Source: Daphnia carinata
Taxonomy: Eukaryota
Length of the DNA: 64,000 nt
Assembly (NCBI RefSeq): GCF_022539665.2
Contig: NC_081331.1
Coordinates: forward strand, 5,766,001 to 5,830,000
Reading direction: 5' to 3'
The number at the start of each line of letters is the position of its first letter. Within the stretch, counting starts at the first letter, position 1. Both the position numbers and the translations under genes were made by a program. This document shows positions 52,007 through 62,765 of this stretch, one piece after another. Below the pieces are notes generated by a model that was not told the DNA's origin, searched no databases, and saw only the letters and a program-made list of their open reading frames with translations.

Positions 52007-53731
52007 ATGCCTATCAATACTTCATTTCCAATTCCCAAACCTCTCCCAGGATTGAAGAAAGCTTTTCCAAGTGTATCACCGCGTGTCAACTCTTTCAGAG
52101 ACCGCAAAGCTGTTTCCAAGTTACTATCCACTTCTGCGGTTCCTGAAAGTTCCGGCAACGGTTCTAAATCTACCAACGTAAGCCAATCCCCGAGATCGCG
52201 TACTCATCACGATTCCTCTGGTGTTTCAGCTTGCCTCAAACCTGCCAACCCAGAAAAAGTGGAAGTTAAATCGAAAGTACCAACACAAAAGCCGGTTGTT
52301 TCCAAAGCACCGGTGACACGGAAGAACACCATCCGGGCAGATAGCGCAGTTGTGGTGAAATCCCCTCCAGAAGACTGTGTGCGCCAACCTTTCCGGGCCA
52401 AACCTGCTCCTTCAAGCACCTACAAACCACCAAAGGATGGCTCGGCAGTTAAACAAGGACTTCAACGACCGGCCAAAAAAGACGCGGCCAAATCACCGCA
52501 GCCAGAACAGGTGAAACCCGTACCTTTCCGTGCTCGACCTGTTCCTGCTAGCACATACAAGCCGTCTTTCCAACCAACGGTACGCAAAATCAACAAGGTC
52601 GTTATCAAAACGGAACAAGACCCCGTGGAAATTGTCAACGAGCCCACAATCGCAAATGAAGTGGAAATTGCTGAGCCGACCCACGAACCTGTTTGCTGCG
52701 AAGCATCGAAGGTTTGTGAAACAGGGGCTTGTGAACCGGTGGTTTCTGAACCGGTGGTTTGTGAACCGATGGTTTCTGAACCCGTGGTTTGTGAACCGGT
52801 AGTTTGTGAACCGGGGGTTTCTGAATCGGTGCCCGTGGTTTGCGATAAATTGGCTAACGTCCATGCCCGAAAAGTGCGGAGGAGAAAACCTAACAAGGCT
52901 GAATGGAATGCGTCGTACCAACGTAGATTGGCCAAGAGGGTGGCCGAGAGAGCCGACAGGGCCGCTCAAGAGCAACAAGCAGCTCTCACAGAAGTATCCG
53001 AGAAGAAGGACTTGGTTACGGGAGAAGATACGAGTGAAAAGGAACCCGTGGTTTGTGAGCCGGTGCTTTGTGAGCCAGTGGTTTGTGAACCGGTGGCCGC
53101 ATTGGCTGAAGCAAGCACCTTGAAAGTAAACGCGCGTCCACTTTTACCTCGACATCCGCAAGGGCCGGGCGTGCCACCTTTTCTGCCAAAGGCGTTTATC
53201 AAGGACTGCCTAAGACCTTATGTCCCTCAGCATTGGGACCAGTACACCCAACCACCTGATTACGGTAACCTTTGCGATGCAAATGGCACGTACTTTCGGG
53301 ACATATTCATGGCCAACTATCACTGCGTTCGCATGGCTGAAAATAATTTCTACCAATACTTCCGTAAACATGATGTTGGTGATGGAGCTGTGCGAAGACA
53401 AGCTGACGTCCAAGGCAATGACGACGTCGTGGACCCGATTTCAGCTTCCATCGAAGAGGTTGGGTTACCTGAATCGACGTGCACTGCTGTTGTAGAAGAA
53501 CGTTTACCTGTTGACACCCAATATGAATCCGACGTTTATGTTTCTTCTGTTCAACGTGAGAGGTCGGCTGATAGGACTGCTAAATCAGCTACAAATGTCC
53601 CTGATCATGGACAACAAGAAGAGACCACAAGGAAGAGACCACGAAATGCGGCCTACCGACGTAGATTGGCCAGGCGAGCTCAAGAGAGAGCAGAAAGAGC
53701 TGCAATGGAAGCAGAGAAGCAGGTGGCTTAG
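52007..53731 (+). CDS. Intronless 574 aa EPVVC-repeat protein (copy 2)
   Basis: Paralogue of 43475-45448 with different repeat numbers; the indels keep the reading frame open. Confidence 0.75.
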   Translation: MPINTSFPIPKPLPGLKKAFPSVSPRVNSFRDRKAVSKLLSTSAVPESSGNGSKSTNVSQSPRSRTHHDSSGVSACLKPANPEKVEVKSKVPTQKPVVSKAPVTRKNTIRADSAVVVKSPPEDCVRQPFRAKPAPSSTYKPPKDGSAVKQGLQRPAKKDAAKSPQPEQVKPVPFRARPVPASTYKPSFQPTVRKINKVVIKTEQDPVEIVNEPTIANEVEIAEPTHEPVCCEASKVCETGACEPVVSEPVVCEPMVSEPVVCEPVVCEPGVSESVPVVCDKLANVHARKVRRRKPNKAEWNASYQRRLAKRVAERADRAAQEQQAALTEVSEKKDLVTGEDTSEKEPVVCEPVLCEPVVCEPVAALAEASTLKVNARPLLPRHPQGPGVPPFLPKAFIKDCLRPYVPQHWDQYTQPPDYGNLCDANGTYFRDIFMANYHCVRMAENNFYQYFRKHDVGDGAVRRQADVQGNDDVVDPISASIEEVGLPESTCTAVVEERLPVDTQYESDVYVSSVQRERSADRTAKSATNVPDHGQQEETTRKRPRNAAYRRRLARRAQERAERAAMEAEKQVA

Positions 53732-54735
53732 GCTGCAGTGCCCCAAGTGCCTCAGAGTCATTAACTTTCCATTTTCAACACAATGTGTATCAAAATTCTC
53801 AAGTTTAACCTTTTCTTCGGCTTTTCTTTAATTCTAAATTTGTAAAGATGTCCTTCCCCATTAGCAACCAAAGGAACTGGGAGGTGAACCCGTAAACGGA
53901 GTTGTTGTTGTCGTATGTGGGGGCTAACCTATTAATGTTTTCTTTCTGTTTCAATTGTCTTCTTCACGGCACAAGCTTGCGGTGCAAGTGACGGGATGGT
54001 GAGCAATATTGCCATCTCTCACTAGCACGCACTCGCCCGAAGAAGACCATCACGAGAGTTGATTGTCTCGTGATGTTGGCAGAAGTTAACAAGTTGTCCC
54101 TCACGAGAGTTGATTGTCTCGTGATGGTGGCAGAGTTAATAGGTTGTCCCTCACCTCTGCAACAATGCGCAATTACCTTTACGGGGGAATTTTTCCTTAA
54201 ATGAGCCAATCAGTTCTGGAAGTGCGCTGCTATGGAGACATCTGAGCAAGTATTCTTCTCCTTTTTTCCTCTTTTTTCCTTATTCTTTTGCTGTTGTTTC
54301 TGTTCGGCTTGTCATGTTGTTAATTTACTGTTCTGTCAGTTGATTACGGCTTGTCATATTGTTAATTTACTGTTCTGCCAGTTGATTACAAACAAAATTT
54401 TAAATCAATTTATTACCTTTGTTTTCTTTATTAATAATTGGATTTCAATCCAGTTCGTGCGTTGTTCAGGGTTATCCGCTAAGTATTTCCAAATTATTGC
54501 ACTTTATTCGGTCAGAAGCTCCACAGTTATCAAGCAAAGGCAGTATGGGCGAATACATTGGATGTCTTGTTCCCAGTTTTCTTCCCCAAATATTCATTAG
54601 ACAAAGCTAGATAGCACAAAGCAAGAGATATTACAGATGGCAATTTTATAATGGCAGAACAATTTAAACAGGCAAGATTAGTTCACAACGATTTGGATCT
54701 CCTGTTGTTTTACTACTGGGCATTACATGCCAAAT

Positions 54736-57120
54736 TTAAACTGAACCTCCATCTTTAAGAAATGCTGGCATTTGGATGAAATGATATTCATCCTTTCTAT
54801 CAATCTTGCTAGTTTCATGGGCAATGTCTTCCGTTTTACATTTGCGAAATCGAATGTATTTTTTCAGGCTTACAATCGATTCCAGCGTTTGCCGCTGCTT
54901 TGGTTCTACGTTTTCTAACTTTTCATTTACTTTATCCTGGGCACATTTAACTACGCTTTCGAGATCAGCATACGAGGGTTTTTCATTCAAATATGCTTCC
55001 CACAAAGCCTCACAGAGAGCTTGAATAAAAGAACTACCCAAATACTCTCTCACTTTACCGTTCTTGTATAATCGGTTGGCTTCGAAGCCGGCCAGAGTTG
55101 CTTTGATTGTTATGAAATCCATCAGTGGAGGATACTTCGTAAGTTTTTGTGGTGTCTCGCTTTCACGGTTAGTATTAACTTCCATTCTTGGCGATTGGGC
55201 TATGGAAGGTGATTGCCATTTACCTAGATAGAAGGAAAATCAAATCAAATTATTTGGCACGAAGGGTATTGATGAACTACGAAATGTGAGTAGATGAGTT
55301 ACAAACCGAGAGCAAATAAAACGGTATCACAAATGTGGGAAAGCAGCTTCGTAGCGGCGTGTGACGAATTGCGAGAAGGATAAACTATATCCGTTTCGCT
55401 CTGACTCAGTTCCCCCTGACAAGCCTGAACGATGAATATTTTTGGTTTGCCGTACAGATTGGGGCACTTAGCCAAAGAGAACTCGTACTTAAGTTCATTA
55501 ATATTAACGTAAAGACCATCGTAACACATGATCTCGTTCTCGATTCCATGAGATAAAAAACATACAACAAGGCAACCATAATCCTTCCAATCTCTTTTGG
55601 CCAGATCCTTGATATCGGATTTCAAATCAAACGATGCACTATTTTCAATAATTTCAATTTTGAAACCCAATTTTTTAAACGTCTTCTCTAACTTATCACG
55701 GTCCTTGTCGCTCCCACCGCGGTTCTAGATTAAAACAAAATAAAAGTAAATCAATAAAAATGATGGAGGATCAATTGGCGTTGATAGTTATTAGAACTTC
55801 CATTGTGATACCTGTGTTTTATCATGAAAAACCTGCTGGTTAAAGATAACACAAAGGCCAGGTTTCTTATATTTCTTATCACCTATCTTATAATCTTCGG
55901 AAGGGTTGTAATAAGGACTGCGAAGGACTTCTTCTAATTCTGGACGTTCACCCTCGTTGAACTTCAACATCGACTTGATAAGCTTTACTACGTTCTTGTT
56001 CTGATCGCTGAGAACTAACTCATGGTTTTTTTGATAGACGAAATACGTAGTATCTCGTATGTTGTCCCGACGCACTCCGTGATTGCCAAATGGATGTTTG
56101 GGTTCGTTGTTGCCCGTCCGTGCGGTTAGGACATAGTGATAGAAACAACCTAGAATGAAGACATCCAATTTTGTGCTGAGATCTTTTGTCTTATCCCCGC
56201 TTTCCGGTGCTTCCCATCCTTCTGATGCAGCAGATCCCGATAGCTTAATATCGTTCTCAGGGTCATGCCTTCTGGTCAGACGAAAATCAGTTATTTTAAC
56301 CACATATCGGCATGCACTGTTCACGGACGAATCCAATTTCTTAATAAGGAAGTTATTTGGCTTGATGTTTCGGTGGACAAAGTTGTTTTCATGCAAATAC
56401 TGGAGTCCTCTCGTTGCCTGTCGCAGGATTTCTTTCTCTGGTAAATCCGAGAGAATTTCTTTATTCATCAGGAATTTATTTTTGAGCTTTCGATCCAAAA
56501 GTTCTGCCACAGAACACAGACACAGTTCTAGTGCAAGGTACCTGTGTAAATAATCAAGAAGGCTTTCAAAGTAAAGAATAAAAGAACAAACGCAGGTTGC
56601 TGATTCATACACAAAGTCCGGGCTCATTTCGTGAGTAGAATAGCGGATAAAATTTTCGTGCGCTTTTAGTTCTTTCAATATTCGAACCTCTCGTCCAATT
56701 TCTTTCTTCTGCTCGTTGGTGGACACTGGCAATTTTACGATGGCTACTTGAACATCGCAGTTGTAGTTGTAGAACCCTTTCATAATTACTCTCCTTTTCT
56801 CTCCCAAACATTGAGGAACTTGGCTTCCATCTTTTAGAATGTATCCTCTGAAAAGTTCACCATTATCTAAAGAGAAAATTTCAAACAAGTTTTTTAGTGA
56901 TTAAACGTCTTTTGGTTTCCTCCACGTCAAAAAAAATCACAGAAAAGTGAGACGAACCGACAATTGGAGTTTCCTCCTTAAGTAAGGGTATGTCTTCGTC
57001 TTTCAATTCAACCGGTGTTTCATCTCGTGGGGTTGGGCTGGGCTCTTGGATATTGCGCTCTAGCGTTACTCGGTTGGCCGTCGCAGCATTCTCAGAGCTG
57101 TCACCTTGCGCAGCAAACAT
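54736..57120 (-). CDS. IRE1-like pseudokinase-caspase fusion, copy 2 (exons ~57120-56958, 56866-56611, 56541-55812, 55724-55307, 55223-54736). Start uncertain
   Basis: Open, in-frame spliced model with HRNIKPNN, DFRL, GWEAPE, SHG and QACQG. Confidence 0.88.
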
Positions 57121-58487
57121 TCTATGTTTTTCGAACTTGGTCCGTTCACTTTTTTTTTCAGATGAACTAAAGCACTATTTGGTGTACGTGGCACAATGTT
57201 TGATGAGTAGCTTTATTCTGTCCTCGTCTTAACTGAAAGTTTTCTAATATCAAAGAAATCTATATATATTTGCTTGAACGACGTATCTGCTATAATTCGT
57301 GCGTTTATCAGTGTGTATTAGTTGTAAACAGATAACTTAAACCCCGTTGCATATGCATTTTACTGCTGGACCGTTATCGTTCGGTTAACAATAATATTAC
57401 TAGATAAAAAAAACCACACAATGGGATCTCAAGTTAGCGTATGCGTGAAATCTACTAATGCATGGAATTAAAAGCTTATGCAAACTGGACAAATAACTTT
57501 TATTCTAGCTAGGCCGTACAGTGTTGACCCCTTTTACTGTCATATAAGTACCTTGCGCTCACCAACTGCGCCACGAGAAATGATCTACTAGTTGCTTTCA
57601 CGAGTTAGATTGACGAGATTAGATATGAAAAAGTATGCCTTGCCTTGTCGCATAGGTCAGACGGGCTGAACCCAATCGCAATAAGAAATCCATAGTTAGA
57701 ACCCAGGCTTACAAGAACGAATTCAATTGTTCATTTCAGGTTTTTTTTTTGCAAATATCTATCCTGATTGTTCTGCCTTTCGCTACCTTTGCCTGTTTCA
57801 TATTTTCCTAGTTAACAGCTGCCTAATGTATGAACTTTCTTTGCCCTTACCTAAACGAAGTTTACAACGTTGGTTTATAGGAAATGAACGGGGTGCAATA
57901 TATATCAGACATTCCTTTTTCCCCTCTTTTTCCTTATTCATTTGCTGTTGTTCTTGTTCGGCTTGTCATGTTGTTAATTCACTGTTCTGTCAGTTGATTA
58001 CACACAAAATTTTAAATCAATTTATTATCTATTTTTTCTTTATTAATAATTGGATTTCAATCCGGTCCCTGCGTTACTCAGCGTTAGCTGCAAAGTATCC
58101 CACCCTGCAAATTATTACACTTATTCGGTTTAGAAACTCCAATTATTAGGTAAAGGCCGTTTTATAGTAGAGGGGATCGCCGAGACGAGGTTTGAAAACC
58201 CGCCTCTTATCCACAAATAAAATAATATTGACAATTTACAAATAAAATCGAAACAAATACTAAGCGTTTACCGATAGTGATACTAGGGAAACAAGGTGAT
58301 TTCATACTGGTTGTATTTGTTGTTTCATAAATGCTGATTATGGTTTTGGCTTCAAACATTCTAAGTTCTGAGTTTTTCTAAGAAAACGATTTACGAACTT
58401 TGGACTATTTCGTATATGTAGAGTTTATTAAACACAATTTGCATCTCTCATCGGTTATTGTTGGATACTAAATGCGCACATATTTTT

Positions 58488-60810
58488 TTAGAAGCTCGAT
58501 GTAACGTCAGTGCCCTCGGGGTCACGTTTCCGGAATCGAATATTTTTACTTAGGCATGCTTCCCATACCACAGTTTGCCGTGAGTCCCTTCCTGAACGTT
58601 CGTTGACTTTGTCCTGAACACATTTAAGTAATTTTTCAAGATGCTTGTTCTTATGTTTGGTTCCCGTTTCCTCCTTCAAACATTCATCAGACAAAGTCTC
58701 ACAAAGAGCTTGAATGAAACAGGTACCGCTTACGGGATTCCGGTAGGCAACGAAACCAGGTAGAGTGGATTTGATTGTAAAGAAATCCATAAGCGGCGGA
58801 TTTCTTTGAGCGCTGTCATGAATTTTCTTTTCACGTAACTCTCTTTCGTAATTGCAGATCTCGTTTGTCGGTTGAACTACGGATGGTGATGAATGCAATT
58901 TACCTGGATAGCAGGAATTTAAAAAAAATTTATTACTCTGCATGAAAGGTATCGGTGAACTGAAGAAGACGAGAAAATCAGTTACAAACCGGTGAAATGC
59001 AAGTAAACGACACCAGGAACGGCCCACAGCTTTGAAATGAAGGTCGTTTGATGGGCAGAAGAAGCTTTTATTCCCTCTTCCTGTTGTTCAAGTTTTCCCT
59101 GGCAAGCTTGGACTATGAAGATTTTGGGTTTTCCATACAGACTAGGACACTTGTTCGAAGAGAACTCGTATTTTAATTCGTTTATGTTAACGAATTTGCC
59201 ATCGTAACATAAGATTGCATTCTCAATTCCATGAGACAAAAGGCACACAACTAAGCAACCATAATTCTTGAAATCTCTTTTGTTGGCCAGTTCGTTGATT
59301 TCAGATTTCAACTTATCCGAATTTAGATTTTCGTGAACTATAAAATCGAAACCAAGCTTTTTAAATATATTCTTTAACGCTTCTTTATCCTTGTCGCTCC
59401 CTTCACGGTTCTGGTAGAAAATGAAATAAATTGATAAACAAAATTTTGGAGAATTAGGGATAACAACCAGTGTTTGACAAGTAGGAACTTCCGTAGTACC
59501 TGTTCCGGATCTTCAAATTCTTGCTGGTTGAAGATAACACAAAGGCCGGGTTTAACATCTAGATCAGCATATATCCTGTAATCTTCGGAAGGTTTGAAAT
59601 AAATATCGTCAAGAACATTTTCTAATGTTGGACGTGCGTCCTCCTTGAACTTCAACATCCAATTTATAAGGTCTTCCGCCTTTTTCATGTCCTTGATATT
59701 TTCACTGGTAGCGAACAGAAAGCCATTTTTATATAATAGATAACATGGATCTTGAATGTTTATCCCACGAGTACGTTCATCGCCGAATGGATGTCTGGGT
59801 TCTTTCTTGCTCGTCCATGCGGTTAGGACATAGTAATAAAAACAACCGAGAATGAAGACATCCAATTTTTTGCTGAGGTTTTTTGTCGTATCTCTGCTTT
59901 CCGGTGCTTCCCATCCTTCTGATGCAGCTGGTCCCGATAACGTCGAATCATTTTTAGGATCATATTTTCTCGACAGGCGAAAATCTGTTATTTTTACCAC
60001 AAATCGGCAAGTGCTTTCACCTGTTTTATTAATTTCTTTAATAAGAAAATTATTTGGCTTGATGTTGCGGTGGACAAAGTTGTTTTTGTGCAAGTAATTG
60101 AGTCCATTCGTTGCCTGTCGCAGGATTTCTTTCTCTGGTATTTTGAGAATATCTTCTTTCATGGGGATTCTCTTACCGAGGGCTGGATCTAAAAGATCTG
60201 CCACAGAACACTCACACATTTCTATTGCAAGGTACCTGTGTAAATAATCAAAAAGATTTTGAAATCAAAGCAAAGAATAAAAGAATAACCGAAGGTTGCT
60301 GATTCATACACGAAGTTCGAGTCCATTTCGTAAGTGAAATAGCGGATAAAATTTTCGTGGGCCTCTAGTTCCTTCAATAATCGAATCTCCCGTTCAATTT
60401 CTTTCTTCTCCCCTGGGCTGTAGGCCGGCAATTTTACGATGGCTACTAGAAGATTGTAGTTGTAGAACCCTTTCATAATTTCTCTCGTTTTGTTTCCCAA
60501 ATATTGGGTATCGTGGCTTCCATCTTTTAGAATACAACCTGCGTAAAGATTACCGCTACCTAAAGAGAAAATTTCAAACAAGTTTTGAGTGATTATACGT
60601 CTTTTGGTTCCTCCACGTCAAACAAAATCACAGGAAAGTGAGACGTACCGACAATTGGAGTTTCCATCTTAAGTAAGGTCGTGTCTTCTTCTTCCAATCC
60701 CACCGGTGTTTCATCTCGTTGGACTGGACTGGGCTCCTGGATATTGTGCCCTAGCGTTACTAACTTGGCCGTAGCAGCACTCTCAGAGCTGTCAGCTTGC
60801 GTAGAAATCA
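58488..60810 (-). CDS. IRE1-like pseudokinase-caspase fusion, copy 3 (exons ~60810-60648, 60559-60310, 60235-59500, 59410-58990, 58903-58488). Start uncertain
   Basis: Same five-exon structure with HRNIKPNN, DFRL, GWEAPE, LSHG, QACQG and GFVAYRNPVSGTCFIQALC. Confidence 0.88.
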
Positions 60811-61399
60811 TTCTGTGTTTTTCGAACGTGGTCCGTTCATTTGTTTTTTCCAGATTTACTAAAGCACTATTTGGTGTACGTGACACAATGTTTGATAAGT
60901 AACCTGATTCTGTCTTTGTCCTAACTGAACGTTTTCTAAGGTTTTTAAACTACGTTCTAAGGTAGCGTTATCAGAAATATCTACGCACTTGCTTAGCTTT
61001 ACTATCAGTGTATTGTACAATACGTTCTATCAGTTGTTAATAGATTAACGTTATTACCCGTGGATATGAAATTATAGCTGACCGTTGTCTGTACTATCTG
61101 TTAACGGCAACATTTACTAAGCAAAAAAAGCCACAAAATGCGATCTCAAGCTATCGTATGTGTGGAATCTACCAATGCATCGGTAAAAAAGCCTGTACAA
61201 ATTGTACAAGTTTATTTCGTGCTAGCTAGCCTATACAGTGTTCAGCCATTTTACTGTGATTTTAGTATATGAGATTATATACGAAAAAGTACACCTTGTC
61301 TTGTCGCCTAGGTCAGGCTGTCTGAACCCAATCGAAATAAGAAAATCAAGGTTAGAACCTAGGCTTGCAAGAACGAATTCAATTGCTCATTGCTTGCTG

Positions 61400-61910
61400 T
61401 GTAGAAAGCATTCTGTTCGTTGTTTTTAAGTTGGTTCACTCACTTTTTTTCAGACGTACTAAAGCACTATTCGGTGTACGTGGCACAGTGTTGATACTGT
61501 CCTGTTGTAGCTCTGGTTGCAGAAACGAAACTGCACGTTTATTGCTCTAGCGGCCCCCCCCCCCCCCCTCCGAGCTGCCGGAAATCTGTGGCGTCACTTG
61601 TGGACAACCTTGACATGTTTTAGTCGTTCCTCAGCGACTCGCTGTGTCCAATCACTGAACGTCTTCTAATATCAGATATATCTACGCACAAGCTTAAAAC
61701 TTATCTGCAGTAAGTCGCTATTCATTTTACTCTTAGTGTGTTGCAAAATACCTTATATATATTGTTAATAAAGAACTTTATCACCCGTAATATGAATTTT
61801 GCTGCTGGCCACTGCCTGTTCTATCGGTTAACAGCAATACGTACTAGACAAAAAAAGCCACATAATGGGGTCTCAGGCTATATCGTATGTGTGGAATCTA
61901 CTATTGCATG
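61400..61910 (-). pseudogene. Relic 5'/promoter fragments of a kinase-caspase gene
   Basis: 61404-61500 resembles 57110-57220, and 61650-61910 resembles the upstream regions at 49065-49270, 57240-57470 and 60960-61180. Confidence 0.55.
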
Positions 61911-62094
61911 GAACAAATTCTTTTGCTGTGGTTTTTGTTCGCTTGTCATATTGTTAATTCACTGTTCGGCTTATCAACTTCGTTTCCTTTGTTGATAATA
62001 GGATTTCAATCCAATCCCTTCGTTATTCAGGGTTACCCGCAAAAATTTCCAAATTATTACACTTATTCGGCCAGAAGCTCCATAACTATCAGGC

Positions 62095-62378
62095 AAAGGC
62101 GGTACGGGTGAAGACATATGACGTCTTCTTCCCCGCTTTCTCCTTCAAATATTCATTCGACAAAGCGTTATAGGGAGCTTGAATGAATCAGCTACCTTCC
62201 CCCGGCATCCCGGTAGGCAATGAAACCAGGTAAAGTTGATTTGATTGTAAACAAATCCATAAACGGCAAACTTCTTTAAACACTGTACCGACTTTCATTT
62301 CTCATAACTTTTTTAAATAATAGTTGAATTTTATGTCCTCGTTTGCCAATTGAACTGTGGACGGTGATGATTCCAATG
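62095..62378 (-). pseudogene. Orphan caspase small-subunit exon with nonsense codon
   Basis: Translates PFMDLFTIKSTLPGFIAYRDAGEGS*FIQAPYNALSNEYLKE, closest to copy 3. TGA sits at the position of the usual GSWFIQ tryptophan. Confidence 0.7.
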
Positions 62379-62765
62379 TGTCGGTTTCTCCCGTTTTCCG
62401 TGTCCTTTCCACGTCAACTAATCATATATGCATAATATTATAAACGATTCATTTGTTTTCCTGGTATAATTAGATGTGTTAAACTAACAGTGGCTTTTAG
62501 GATCATGGCTTTGAGCGGATTTGGAGGGAATACAAATTCAGTTCAATTTTATTAGTCTTTCTGAGTGGTCTTTGGCTGAAGATATCCAATGTATTGGCTA
62601 GAGATGTTACAGATGACAATTTATAAATCACAGAACATTTTCAACAGACAGGATTTATCAACAGCAACTTGGATCTCCTATTGTTTTACTACTGGGAATC
62701 ACGTACCAAATTCAAACTGAACCTCCAACTATAACAAACGCTAGGGTTTTACGATGAAATGGTAA

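Larger units (their letters stand above)
40716..57415. repeat. Tandem segmental duplication: unit 1 ~40716-49270, unit 2 ~49271-57415
   Basis: Long colinear near-identity, e.g. ORFs 40925/49480, 41521/50102, 42038/50586, 43475/52007, 45968/54232 and 46472/54736. Confidence 0.93.

Noticed and set aside
56542..56610. Insertion in the copy 2 kinase suggested by the continuous 365 aa ORF
   Set aside because: It is a 69-nt GT-AG intron that happens to be stop-free; the same intron is present in copies 1 and 3.
47526..60581. Canonical IRE1 genes
   Set aside because: No luminal domain, TM helix or KEN RNase, and catalytic residues are substituted; the downstream domain is a caspase.
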